This document shows positions 1-13,438 of a stretch of DNA of 64,000 nucleotides, piece by piece. Under the pieces are notes generated by a model, which was not told where the DNA came from, ran no database searches, and saw only the letters and a program-made list of their open reading frames with translations. Within the stretch, counting starts at the first letter, position 1. Every line of letters begins with the position of its first letter. The DNA comes from Trichosphaerium sp. ATCC 40318 (taxonomy: Eukaryota > Protista > Tubulinea), in the NCBI GenBank assembly GCA_038496445.1, contig JALMLS010000353.1, positions 186,001 through 250,000 of the forward strand, given 5' to 3'. A program made the translations under genes and the position numbers.

Positions 1-178
1 ATGTACTAAGAAAATAAACAGCAAAACATGAAACCTCGCTTAGCAAGCCATAACTTAACGTTTCTTTAACAGCCGAGGCACTCTACAACCTTTTTGCTGT
101 CTTCAACAGGTAGCTTTCATCTATGGCATCTCACAATATAAGAGTAAAACAATAGGTTACGCCTCAAGACATGAATTT

Positions 179-1860
179 TTATTTTTTTTTAGTTGGCGCT
201 GCAGCTACAGGTTTCTTTCCTTTACGTCGTGATTTTGATTTTTCTCCATGAGTACTACAAGAATTAGGATGTTCTTGAGGATGTGTCATGTATTGTTTCA
301 TCATAATCGAGTTAAAGCTATTCTTCCCTTCGCATGCTATCCTTTTCTTAAGAGCTTTAACACCAATAGCTCTTGTGAACCTTCCTGCGTTTATTCGGAC
401 AGATGCTACAAATGCTTTATATAAAAGATCAGCTGAAACATCTGGTGTGATATCTTCTTCTTTTTCTACTTCTTGCCACCTGTTTACAAGCGTAGAAATT
501 TCATCTGTTCGGGCACTTGAGGTGAAGAGGGTCAATACTCAAAAACAAAGAAAAAGTGAGTGGTAAAAAAAAAATTGTTTTTCTCGATAATATAAACCGG
601 CATTCATGTCCACATAGCATACATCAACACCCATAGTAATACTGAATAATATGAAAGCAATTTTTTTTTGTAAAAAATCAACTCACAGGGCGAGGAGAAA
701 GGTTGAAAAAAAAGACAAAAAAAACAATGTGTTTGTAAAACTCGAGCTAACAAACACGTACTTGACCTTGCCGTATATGCTTAACAGCTCTATTCTTCTC
801 TTATCAGATTCTGCATTAGTTTCTTTACATATACCAGCGGTACAATTGCATTCATGCTTGAACCTTTCTTTGGCTTGCACAAGTCTTCCTGCACGTGGCT
901 TAAGTGGCATGAAATAAGCGATTGTAAGCTCTTCTCCTTCCTCAATTGGTCTAAGCGCACGAAGGAACATATGATTTTTTTTTCTATCCCAAGCTTGATA
1001 ACAATTTGGTACACAAGAGTGATTAATACGAGAAGCATCTAAACAATAATTAAACACGTGACAACCAAAAAAAAGGGAGTTAGCTAAAAATAATTTCAAA
1101 AAAAACTGTTCAAGTGACAGCGTCTACGCTGAACGTCTTTGTTAAAAATAGTATTTTTTTATGCGTACACAAGAAGAGGCCATTGGCCTTTGTATCCAAT
1201 GTTCTGACTGTAATCTGGTTCGACATAAATACACCTTGAATGGATTTTTTTCCCAGATCTTTTTCATGTACATCCATTAAATCCTTTGCTTGTTTACTAC
1301 CCGGCTTCCCTTTTAGATTCAGTCTAAACTCTTCTCTAATAATTTTCCCTAATTCTGCAGGTCTTGTTGATGCCATAGCAAGCATAATAGACTAGAAAAG
1401 AAGACCATCAGGATGATAAAAACAAAACCAAAAAAAATTTCAGGCTTTTTGCAAAATTACAAAAAATTGAGGTTTTAAACGTACAGGTGACTCTCTCATA
1501 ATAACATCGCTCTGTGAGATAGCTTCCTTTGCGAACATGCCAAGGCCGTGTATTTCAGACTTTTTAATCACCCAAGGCTTTAAAAGTTATTTAGACGCGT
1601 TTTTTATGCATAGACCGTTGTACGAGCGTATTGCAAGCTTAGGTACGTGATGAGCGTACCCCAAATTCTTGAGCAGTTGGGCTGGCTGTTATTTCAATTG
1701 GCTTTTCCTCTTTAACCTCAGCTACTTCCCCAGCCTTTTCACCGACTATTGCTGTTGGATCAGCCTCGTCAGTAACATTTTTTGCTGTATCTTGTTCTAC
1801 TACTACGTTATCTGCCTCGGTAGTTTCTTCCTTAGCTTCTGCGGCTTCTGTGGCTAAAAA
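179..1860 (-). CDS. SET-domain (SMYD-like) lysine methyltransferase, multi-exon, acidic N-terminus; start codon unresolved
   Basis: Spliced exons give SEIHGLGMFAKEAI (SET-N), ASRINHSCVPNC, ALRPIEEGEELTIAY and post-SET ECNCTAGIC; Lys-rich C-terminus in ORF 179..535. Confidence 0.85.
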
Positions 1861-2104
1861 TCTGCGATTTGAGAAAACTATAGCGTTTAATTAGCCTCCT
1901 GACTGCCGTGGTTGATTATTATGGCGTTTTGCTTATTAGTAAGGAAATATAACCAGAACGTGCCTGTTGTGCGCTTTGCGACCGGTATGCGCGATTTTTG
2001 GGTTAATGGAGCGCGTAAGCCGAGGCGTGATGAACGTAATACGAACATGGCGTTTATGACATTCTTTGACCTTTTTTTGATTTTAGCAACGACTGCAGCA
2101 TACA

Positions 2105-4458
2105 ATGAGCGCTGCAACTACTACCTTTCGTGTTGTGGGCAGCAGTTACACTTCACCGCAAAAACACGTACAATGCGATATAAACAAGCGAAGAGAGTTA
2201 CTGAAGCTTGTATGCGCTCTATTATATTATTTATAAAATATTGTCGTTAATACTAAGCGTAGACTGAGAAATCTCTTCGTATTCGCTCTCCAAAAGAATG
2301 GTATGGAGTCCGTTTCCAAGATTTAATAAATGTTGGAGCAAGCGTCATTCTAGAGTACATCTAACCTCATTTTTACCTTTGCTTACGCGTACAAAGTCAC
2401 TACGAATACTCTATTTGCGATTTTATGGAAGAAATGTATCCAAACGAGAACTGGCTTCCTTGGAAATTTGGTGCGTCTAAAATACCATTATTAGTTTATA
2501 TGCCAATTGGTAAACAACCCTAACAGGTCTTTCTGCCAGAAAGTCAAGAACCAGGCTTGTGGGAAAACCAAAAAGTAGTCCAAAAATTTCTACACTACGT
2601 ACGGCTTTGTCTCTGCAGTAGTGTCCCCATGTTGAGATAGTATTCTAGATGACTAGAAAGTACAATGTGAATGAGCCTGAAGATTGGTATACCATAAGTA
2701 GAAGCGAGTTTATGGAAGAAGGAGGTGAAGGACTATTAAGGCAAGTTCTTTATTTTAGAGCTCTGTTCTTTTCCCCTTTTGGTGTTGTCTAACTCTCATA
2801 GTTTCTACAATGGTTCGCTAAGTAAATTTCTAGAGGAGCAATATCCTAACGTAAATTGGGTCCCATACAGATTTGGTACGCGTTCCGTCTACTTTTCTAA
2901 CGAAAGAAGGCTCGTTTTTTTTATCACGTGACTACAAAGTTGTTTTTCAAGTGTCGGTATTCTCAAGTAATTACGTCGCTTATAATTGTATAGTAAAAGC
3001 ACCACAAAGTTACTGGCTGGAAGCAGACAACCATTTGGGGTACATACGCCTTGTACGTAAAACATAGCATTCCTATTTTATTCTTGTTTTTTTCTGATTA
3101 CTTTTAAATGTAGCTAGAAGAACGCTTAGGTATAAAAGAAGTAAACGACTGGTATAAAATAATAAACGAAGACGTCAGGAAGTACAATGGCAGTGGGTTC
3201 CTTGGGTACTATACCATTACAAGTGGTGTTGTTTTACACTATTACTTTTACTCCAAAAACCTTAACTTCACTTCGAAACATTATTAGATTGCTTTCTTTT
3301 CTTTTAACTTAAACTTCATATTCCTTCTTTAATTAGCATTACACTGCAGTTATAGTCTTGCAGATGTTTAAGTTGTTGTTCTTATTTATAATCCGTTAGT
3401 ATATTTGGAAACTCGGTGCAAAATATGTTGAAGGTATTCTACCCTGAAATAGAGTGGATGCCTGGAAACTTTGGTATTATAACTCAATTAAAGAAAACGC
3501 TTGAAGCTAAAGTATCTCTTAATGTAGCAAAAAGGGCACAGGGTTTTTGGGAAGACAAAGAAAATCAACTATCTATGCTACGTAAGGTACAAATGGTTTT
3601 TTGTTGTAGATGTAAGCATTTGCTTTTGTGGTATAGTCCCTACTTTGTTGGGTATATTTATCAGTATGTATGATTCTAATTAATGGCTTTAGATAGAAAA
3701 AAATAATTCTATAACAGATCCAAGACAGTGGGTGACAGTAACATACACTCAAGTTCGAGCAGCTGGTGGATCTGGGCTCATAAAGTATACTGAAAAATTG
3801 AAGTTTGTGTTTTATTAACAAAGCTGGTGTAGTAAACTTGGTGGTGTTAAAGAACTTGCAGAAACATTACACCCAGATATATCTTGGTCATATAAGGATT
3901 TTGGTATGTATTATTACTCCTTTTCTTTGTTTTTTAGTCACGACTGTTTGAAGCAAGCTATTTTTTTTTTGGCAATTTGTTTTGACTTAGTTTTGATGTT
4001 AACGTCTAATTTTGTATAGCTGGTGTAAGATCTAAGTATTGGAACGACGTAGAAAACCGCAAAAACTTTCTACGTAGTGTTGAAAAAGCGCTAAAAATTG
4101 AGACAACCTATGACTGGTTTCGTGTTTCAGGAAGACAACTTGGGCAATACTTTGGACCTGGGATATCTATGTATTGGCCAGGAATACTCATTAATACCTA
4201 CCCAGAAGAACAATGGATGAAAAAAGCTTTTCTAAGACAAAGCGCTAGATACAAGCGATCAGAACAGAGGTAAGATATCATCAGCAATATCTGTTGCTTG
4301 CATTACTGTTTTTTGTTCAATCAGTTTGAGAACATTTTTTTGTTTTTTCTGATAGTTTTTTTAGGGTACTGATTCACTTGCTCCTAAAACTGTTTGGGAC
4401 GAATTGTGTATTAGTTCCAGCATCACAAGATGTTCACTCTATAATTGGAGAGAAATAG
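2105..4458 (+). CDS. DWY-repeat protein 1 (about 5 x ~70-aa repeats), ends just inside the nuclease-like domain
   Basis: Exons encode KEWYGV, EDWYTI, NDWYKI, RQWVTV and YDWFRV, with YPxxxW(xPxxF) elements and (F/Y/L)W-x(3-4)-N linkers; last exon VLIHLLLKLFG...EK* ends at 4458. Confidence 0.75.
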
Positions 4459-4700
4459 AGCACATAATCAACAGGTGAATTGATACATAGACAAGAAACT
4501 CATTTATGGCCACCATGAGCTGAACTCAGTTGGTACAGGATGTGTCGTCATAGCTCCAGGATGGTGTACACTGCTTCTGCATTCGGGGCATAACAATAAG
4601 ACAATCTATTGCAGGGAACAACAGTAATGAGGTACAGTATAACAAAGAAACAGCAGAGTCAAGTAAGTAATAAAGAATTAACATAAAACAGAATTATGTT

Positions 4701-5425
4701 TTAATGGTACATTTCTCTGTAACTGACAGTCTTCCCTGTTTTCATTTCAATCTCGCCATTGTCATACACAAACGATGAAAGCTTTGCTTCATTGACTTTA
4801 ACATGTGTTTCATTATTGATAGAGTAAGCAGTCGTCGTAGTAACATAAGAAGATCCGCTATACTCTCCTTGGTTGGAAGCCTGAGAAATGCGTAAAACAG
4901 ACCTTCTCAAGACATCTCTGTTACCGTTCCAAGCCCATAGATCATAGGTATGTATAAGATCAACATATGTATGATTGTAGAATGAGTCCACAAGCCATGG
5001 ATTTCCTGTATGAAGCATTTTTTCAGTTTGGTTGATTGTTACTGTAAAGTTAGATATTTCTGTCTTGTATGGTGTACTAGAGCAGTTTACGCAGTGTTTA
5101 GGGAAAGCGAACATACACCGCTGATGTTTTGGACAATCGTTGTCTGTATCGCAGTGTTCTAAAGGGAGGATAGGGTCGCACTCGTAAAAAATTGATTTCA
5201 CGTTGTATAAGTCACAAGAGTTTTGTATGACGTAATTAACGTTTAAATCGCCACCATACCTTGTGTTTTGGTTAGTATAGGGTGTTACGGCTTTGTTTAA
5301 AGGCACCATTGATCATTTTCTTTAAAAGACATGTCAACACAGTCTTCTTCTCTAGAGGTTGTTTGCTCAGTACTAAAAACACATAAACCCAAAAGGAGCA
5401 GTATCCACGTGGATCGCATTGCCAT
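4701..5425 (-). CDS. Secreted Cys-containing protein with a 1-nt frameshift near 5300 (pseudogene or sequence error)
   Basis: Signal peptide MAMRSTWILLLLGLCVFS from 5425 runs to NDQWCL*; removing one base gives WCLNKAVTPY in frame with ORF 4701..5309 (CDTDNDCPKHQRC). Confidence 0.6.
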
Positions 5426-5555
5426 TTTTAATGTTTTTGTGTAAAAAAACAAGTACTGAAATATTTCGGACAAAACATCCAGTCAAGTCTCATTTATCCA
5501 CGATTTCCAACTCCATTCATCACACGTATAGATAATGGCAAAAAATTAAGCAAGT

Positions 5556-7978
5556 ATGAATAGTGCTGTTGGTATCAAACCACTACCTGGAGTTCACACA
5601 GGCTGAGTCTGGGCAAAACTTGCATAATAACGATTTGAATTGGAGAAGCAGTCCTCAGAATTTTCGAAGTGGCTTCATTAAAGGCGAAGCGTACAAGCGT
5701 CTAAGTATCTGCAATGTCAACGTAAGTATCGATCGCAGTAGTTTCCCTTTCAGAAAAGGAATAAAAACTCCGCTGAACCACAAACTCATTTTGATTTTCA
5801 TAGCAACAACACGTGATATTTTCAACCAAACAGTATGGGTACAGGGGCGTCAAAAGATTTAAAGAGATTGGTTCCTTACGCAAAGAACCAATATCCACAC
5901 CTAGAAAAGCTGAAAAATAGCATGCTAATAACAGGTACTGATTGGAAACCTTCTTTTAAGCCAAAATACCGCCAAACACCTCACAAATGTTTTAGATTAC
6001 ACAAAACCAGATAATCCTATTGTTTACGCAAATGGTACGCTTAATAGCGGCTTTTAGTTATGCCGAAAGGTTTGTTCGCTTTTATACAATCAATTTATGG
6101 TGACGTCGTAGATGACTTTGAGCGTCTTACTCTATACCCGAAGGAAGAGATTGTTGGAAAGAACTGTAGGTTTTTACAGGTGAGCTAACGGTTTTTTCTC
6201 TCTTTCGGAGCGTGTCTAAATACCACGAAAGGGACGTCACACAAGTAAAGATAGCGTAGAGTTAATCAGAGATGCCATAAAAAACGCAATAAGGAGAGAT
6301 ATTGTGCGATAAAAAAAAAACTTCTTCACTTGTTAAGAGTATTCTTATGTCGCTACTAGGTTCTTCTTAACTATCGTAAGGATGGAATGCCATTTTGGAA
6401 TAATTTTGGTATAATGCCTCTTCGCGCCGGTATGTTAAAGCTCCTGCTAAATTAGACGATATCACGTGATATCTATATTACGTTTTTCAGTTCGAAATTC
6501 GCGTAACCATATTTTTTATACTTCCAATTGGTTTCACTCCATTTAGACCCTACGGATGACTCTAAAGTAACGCACTTTATTGGTATACAACGTGATATAA
6601 CTCCTATAAAACAAGCAAATAGAGAGCTACATAAGTGGACCTCTGTTGAAGTAGCTCTTTGGGCAGGTAATTAACACTACAAACAAAATAATATCTTACT
6701 ATGAAATTAGAAACTCTAGATCTTTGGGAGTACGCTCTACTATTCATAGATCATAATGTGACCGGAAGGAAACTTATAACTATGAGTACGCAATAACCTC
6801 TAATTTTTCTACTAACTGGTAGCACGCTAGCCGTTGGCAACTTCAAATTTGATATTGGAATGCCACCTAAAGTTGCTCAGTCATTTCATAAGCATGTCGA
6901 GTCTGTACGTACTAATAAAACCTTTTGATCTTCTCTTACTGATTTTAAAATAGCTTGTAAAGAAAACCGAGCAAGGTACTGTGTTAAGTGTTAAAGGAAC
7001 TTCGATACTGATGTAATCTCAAAGGAAAGTCTATTGTATTTAAGACAAGAAAACAAGGTGCGTATATCTTATGTACTTGTTACTTTCTTATCTCGTTCTT
7101 TCCAATAGCTAGGTTTGTGGCTAAAGCATTCTATGAAGATCAACGACGTGTTTTTTTTGTGTTAGAACATGATACTCTAGCTGCGATTACTAAACGGTAA
7201 GTGTTCCCTTCATTTGAAATGCTGCCATTTTAACATTCTTCAAAAGGATACGCACAGTGTTCCCTGGTAAATTTATAACCCAGGAGGTGGTTTTATCATG
7301 GAATAATGGTAAAAAACAGGTTGTTCTAGAAGATGACAACGATGTTGCTAACGCAATGTGCGTAGAATGTTCTCAAAATGTTATATTTCAATTCTCAACT
7401 AAAACCCCATGTTGATATCACTAACGCTCACTTATTTATTTAGCCAAGCCACTAATAAATCCACTACAATGCACTTATTTGTTAGTAGACGAAAAGCTAA
7501 TATCTCTTTACCTGATCTTGAACTAAGTAAGCTATAAAACAAATCCGTTTTTAACATTATTAGTTGCAGATGTCGAAGTTGCTGTTTGTCTCATCAATGA
7601 AGATAATCGCATATTTTTTGTAAATCATAAACTATGTGCTTTAACAGGGTAATGATATCTCATTATCATTGCCTCAATAACTGATTTAATCCCTTAGATA
7701 CTCAAGGAAGGAATTGATGCAAAAAGATTTCTCAATAATATGCAAAAGAAAACTTGAAAAAACTCATGCTCCAGAAGGTAAATACAATGTCTTACAAGGC
7801 ATAAAGCTGTTAATTAACTTATAAATATTGTATAGAATACTATGAGAAGATAAAGGTTAAAGGCAGAAACGAAAAATTAAGGGTAATTTCAACGCATAAA
7901 CATTTAACAGACAAGAACATTTTTATATGGACTGCAATTCGTATCCCAAATCGTAACACAGATAACTATAGTTTATAA
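5556..7978 (+). CDS. LOV photoreceptor with LOV-SAM-PB1-PAS architecture; start approximate
   Basis: Spliced: ITDYTKPDNPIVYAN, EEIVGKNCRFLQG, LNYRKDGMPFWN, FIGIQRDIT (LOV); KWTSVEVALWA..LWEYALLFIDHNVTGRKL (SAM); KAFYEDQRR...VVLEDDNDV (PB1); AVCLINEDNRIFFVNHKLCALTGYSRKEL (PAS). Confidence 0.85.
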
Positions 7979-8315
7979 GAATAAAAACAAAACAAAAATT
8001 ACATAAAACCGGTTATGACATTCGAGTTTACTAGATGTCTTTTCAAGCCTTTGTATTTTTTCTTACCAACCCTCGAGTCTGCATCCTTGCCAGGACCAAA
8101 CATAAAGTGTATTTTCGTACCTGAATACCCACAGAAGTATCAAAGTTCCATAACCTCTTTGTTAACCTATAAGACATGAAGAAAGGTACTTTGTTAAGTC
8201 ACAAGCGAGAAATTTGAAAGAAGTTTGTTGACCAGATTTACAAGAATTATGTAGTATACACTCGCAAACCTACAAGTTCGCGCTCAACAACTCATTTAGA
8301 GAATATTAACCGGAG

Positions 8316-9065
8316 ATGACTCACAACCCCGTTAAATCGTCGCATTCTCTCTTATTATGTCTCCCAATGGAACTACAGCTTGATATTATCGAGTTAGACG
8401 CTGAAATACGTATAAAATGGCCATTGTTATCAAAACACACTGCAACAACAACGAGGTTCGATACAGACCTTGAAAAACACGGAAAGTGGGTTATATATCA
8501 AGTTTACAAGTCATACATAAAGCTGCGCCATGAACAGTGGAACCATGGGAAACAACATGGAGAGTGCAAAAAGTGGTATTTGAGTGGACAATTAAAGAGT
8601 TTATATCATTATGTCAATGGTAAGCTTGAAGGAGAGCATAAGAGTTGGAATGAACAGAATCACATGATAATTCATTGCTCTTATCTTAATGATCTTCCTC
8701 ATGGAGAGTACACAAAGTGGGATATCAACGGAAACCTGGAGTATACCTTTAAGTATGTAAAAGGTAAAAAAGAAGGAGTGTTTAAGAGCTGGTACAAAGG
8801 TGGAGAATTGAGTGCTACATGGTATTATGTTAATGATACGCTAGAAGGAGATTATAGCCAGTGGTATCAACAAGGTCAGCTGGAGATTCATGGCAAGTAT
8901 GTTAATGGGAAAAAAGAAGGAATGTGTAAAATGTGGTATAGAACAGGCCAAATTAGGCTTCAATGCAATTATATTAATGGTGTACGTGAAGGAGAACACA
9001 AACAGTGGGATATCCATGGACAAGTGAAGGTAGATATGTACAAAAGCGGTAGGAAAGTATCATGA
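8316..9065 (+). CDS. Intronless F-box-like + MORN-variant repeat protein
   Basis: LLCLPMELQLDII at the N-terminus, then repeated YxNGxxEGxxKxWYxxG units; single exon. Confidence 0.8.
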   Translation: MTHNPVKSSHSLLLCLPMELQLDIIELDAEIRIKWPLLSKHTATTTRFDTDLEKHGKWVIYQVYKSYIKLRHEQWNHGKQHGECKKWYLSGQLKSLYHYVNGKLEGEHKSWNEQNHMIIHCSYLNDLPHGEYTKWDINGNLEYTFKYVKGKKEGVFKSWYKGGELSATWYYVNDTLEGDYSQWYQQGQLEIHGKYVNGKKEGMCKMWYRTGQIRLQCNYINGVREGEHKQWDIHGQVKVDMYKSGRKVS

Positions 9066-9383
9066 TAGTTAGAGTTATTCACTAGTCTACTCTTCTATCA
9101 ACAACCAAAGGTGCTCAACTTTAGACAATGTTGGGAGGAAGAAGAATTGCCTTGTGGCTCTATTGCAGCGCCAAGCATTTGTTATCAGTTATACCCGATA
9201 GTAAATGCTTTGCTTCATTGACTTATGTAAGTTCATTAATAGCATAATGTGACTTCCCGCCTGTCAGTATAAGTACAAAAAGACATACAATATCAACACT
9301 GTTTTATTCTTTTTGAAAACCATTTTTTGATATTCTTACTCCATTAATACAATTATTTGTTGTCTTTTGAGATGGTTTTAGTG

Positions 9384-10875
9384 CTACCATACATAACCTG
9401 AAGATCTTGTATCTGTTTCTTCTCTATTTGTATGATCTGAAAAGTCTTGTAAAGGTATGGAATTCCTTCTACAAAAACAGCAACAAATGCGTTCAATAAA
9501 ATCTAGATACCTTAAATAACAAAATTACTGTAATGCAAAGAAGTGTATTTGGTAACATACGAATCTCTTATGGCTGGTGTAAATACTACGTATAACATGC
9601 CATTTGCAAATCCTTGCAATGGATCACATATTCCCTAATATCCATTACCCAAAGAGTAAGCACATAGACGAGGAGCAACATAAAAATAAAAAAAAGTACC
9701 TGTAATAAGATAAGCCAAAAGAACACATGAGGGTACTGTAACTCGTATAAGGGATTAATAAATTGTACAATCTAGTCCTCCATAAGACAATAAAGTTATC
9801 ATTTTGTTAGTATCGCACCCTATGTATAGATCCTGGCGTTGTCACTAGAATGAAGACAATTGGAACAAATAAAAGTTTTCTTGTTATTTTTAGTTTTTTA
9901 AGACTATGTGCTTGCATCCAAGAAGCGTTTAATCCTATTTTCTTATGTAGTTCATAACGTGTTAACAAGTAAAATATAAGCGTAAATATCCAACAGAACC
10001 ACATAGGTCCATAAACAGTCAATATACGATAAGCACGCCATCCTTTGTTTGGAACTGAATCATCGCAAGCAGGAATAAAACACCTGAAGTTGAAAACAAA
10101 CTCAGTCTTCAATTAACTTGCATGTTTCGTACCATGGAATTTGATCACCCATTCTACCGAACTTGTGGTTTGCTGAAGTGATTATAGCGAGTATAATAGG
10201 ATATATCGTTGATAAGGTGTACATTCCATACAAGAAATATCTGCCTTTGTCTATTCCCCATTTTGTTGTCACATATAAATGACCAGCAATAGCCACTATT
10301 TAGGAGTGTAAGCCTCGGTTAGTTTCCTACTAAAATTACTTGTCAAGAATAATGAGGCGCATGTTCCTGTCATCGAAATTATTGCTTGAACTTGACAACT
10401 GTTTGGTATAAACTCAAAAAAATGTAAGATAATTGATTACTTCAAAAATGGTAGTACTCACTGTCATCAAGTACCCGAAAGCAACTACCAAATCTGCAAA
10501 ACTTAACATAAAATTATACGATGACAGAGGATGCTACGTTGTCATGACCTTATAAACATACCTGAGAACCACAAGAGCCTAAACTATGTCAAAGAAAACA
10601 AGTGCAGCAAGTACCCAAACAAATTGCTTTTCGTACCCGTCTTGTTTCAGTTCTATTTTGTTTGAACATCCAAGAAAAGAGAATTAAGCTCGATCCGAAC
10701 ACCGACAGGCAGCTAGTATATCACTAGATTAAATACAAAGAAACGCAAAAGAAAAATACTTCGTACGCTGCTATAATGGTGACCAAAGCGACAACAGCCC
10801 TCGAACCTGTGCGTAAAACTAATGAATGATAGTAAAACTTTACACCGTACCAATCTCGTTTGATATAGCAGCCAT
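9384..10875 (-). CDS. cAMP-receptor-like (CAR/Crl/GCR1-type) 7TM GPCR
   Basis: Spliced exons: IFMLSFADL (TM2), CQVQA (TM3), PW|CFI (ECL2), YGPMW (TM5), KLLFVPIVFILVTTPGSIHR (TM6), PLQGFANGMLY (TM7). Confidence 0.85.
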
Positions 10876-11086
10876 TGACGTAGGAACTAGAATAGGGTTA
10901 CTACACAAGTATTCATCCATCCCTCCCAGGTTTTTTCTTCTCGCGAACTTTGACACGTGATTTTTTTTAAGTCTGGGAACATTAAGCCATTTCACAACCT
11001 TTTGAGGATGAAACCGTTTAACAATTTCGTCTAAGTGACGTCTCGTTGTTTAAGACAGGTCATTCTCAGTGTTCCAACAGAAAGTA

Positions 11087-13438
11087 ATGTATCACAGGGC
11101 TACTGTAAGCATTGTATATTATCTTATTACATTACAGATAAGTCTATTAATTAACTGTACCAGCGCGCAGGTAAGAAACAATTAGTTTATTTTAAAATTT
11201 AATTAATCAGCCAGGTTTATCTTTTAAAATGCCCTACTTCGCCGAGTGAATCTACAGAGGTAGGGATCATAAACCACACTTATTTGATTGATTATTCGCT
11301 TCTCGGTTCAAGGCTGTACGGAAACAATTATAATAACAGCAAGAAAATTCCAACAAGTTTTTCATTCCGAATGTAGGATAAACTTCGAATTTCGAACAGT
11401 AGGCCCAGCCGGTCATTTCTATGACTACCGAGTTGGTGATATGTCAGGAAGTACAAATGAATCCAGATTTCGTATATTCGGTAGCGAATGCCAGAGATAT
11501 AACGAAGGACTTTGTTTTGTGAGTACTAACAAATTTAAGTAAAATTTTAGACAACTTTACTGTATCCATGTCTGACGGAATGGGACATACTTCTTCCATT
11601 CAAGTTTACGCACCACAATGCCCATCACGTAAGTCAATATCGAAGACAGCATTATTCTAATATGCAACAGAGCACTTTTTAAACGCCGAGTGGGATGATT
11701 CGTTTTTTGCACGTGATAGGCGCATTTCATGATCTAATTTTAATCAAGGACAATAATTCAGAGCTAGAACTAAAACCACATGGCCAAGTAACTCATGAAC
11801 CGTCTGGCTTACACTTTCAGGTATCATTAAAATAATATTGATTTAAATTAATTGTCAAAGTAGGGTGGCTATGCATCTCTAAATAGCTCTAATCCTCTCC
11901 GTAATAATCTTACTGCAATGACTGTAGCTATGTGGATTTATCCAGGTGCTCCTAAGAGAACTGTAAAACTATGAGGGCTGACTATTGAACCAAGAATCAT
12001 TCGATGGTGAACAAGTATTATTTGAAAATTATGATAGCGAAACATATATCTCTATTGTATTACAAAGTGCGTCGTTAATTTTAAACAATCAAAAGGTACC
12101 TAACTTCCTTAAGATCCTAGCGCAATATATATGAAAGTAGAATACTACAATGTAGCAAATAGGGAACCTACCACTCAGATATCACCCATTCCAACCAGTA
12201 CTCAACTTTTTATAAAAACCACATATTTCTTAACTTGTAAAAGATGCATGGACACATGTGGCCATGTCTGTATATTCACTAGTGGACCAGATACCTGACA
12301 CCACTGGCATATTCCTATACATAAACGGAACACGTTATGAACAAGTGGGAAGAAATAGATTCATTAAAACATCAGCTAACGCAGATATAATTCTGGGCGC
12401 AAACGGTATTGGAGATTCATCCTTTAAAGGTTCATTTATTGCTTTTTTGAACTTGCTAATTATCTAAGGATATATGAAAGGTATTAAATTGTTCTCTTGT
12501 AGCTTACCCCAAGAAAGTATAGAAGAGCTAGTTCGAGGAGGCAAGTGTTGAGTTTTCTTCTGGCGCAAGGTTTTTCTCATTTTATTCTCAAAGGTCCTTA
12601 CACATTACCACCACCTTCTACACCAGCACAATGTTTTGGATTCGCTGGAATATGCATTGACGGAGACTTTATTGTTTTCAACGATACTGTACTAGCAGAC
12701 GTTATATACATACAAGGTACCACTGTTTTTTGATTTAAAGTAAGTATATATGTTTAACCAATGCCTCTAGGAGATCTGACTGTGAACAGTGGTACTTTAT
12801 TGCGTTTGCAAAATGCGACTATACGTGTTGAAGGATGTGTTAATCTGTTTGGAGATCTAGATATAGATACAGTAGCTGAAACTACTACAGTCCTTCAATG
12901 GGAAGGTAAAGCAATTTTTCTCGAAAGCCTTGAACTTTACATGTTTTTGTTTGCAGGTGAAAACTGTACTCTTAATTTCACACGTAATAAGGATCCATGT
13001 AATACCCAAGAACAATATTATGAAGTGACAGGTATCAATACATTTGTAAAAAGGCCAATGTGCTTATTACGTTTTTTTTCCATCAAGGAAATAGTTTGAT
13101 TGCTGTTGTCGGGTTTACAACAAGTTGTGGTTCCTATGATATATGGATACCTATTGTACGTACTTAACATTACATTTCACAAACAACGATAGTGTTTTCA
13201 AAGAAGACTTGTCAGCTTGTCTTAAAAAATAACTAGGTTTTTTTTTAAGCTGATTATTTAGGTATGCTCTATCAGCGTAGCTGTAGTTCTTATCATTCTT
13301 ATCACGATTATTATTTTGTCTGTTTATTCTCGTGATACTAGAGAGCGTTTCCTCCCTTTTAGACGTTCTGTAAGACTGCATCGGTCTGCTGCAACTGTGG
13401 TTACGTCAAAAAATAATAAACAAACCTTGAATTGTTAG
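11087..13438 (+). CDS. Secreted type-I membrane protein with LamG/ConA-like jellyroll, tandem copy 1
   Basis: Signal peptide, MTVAMWIYP, WTHVA, LYING, IILGA...SFKGYM motifs, C-terminal TM followed by YSRDTRERFLPFRRS. Confidence 0.75.

Noticed and set aside
8316-9065. YwqK-type bacterial antitoxin or toxin-antitoxin locus
   Set aside because: Similarity is only the generic MORN-variant repeat; no toxin partner, and the N-terminus is F-box-like
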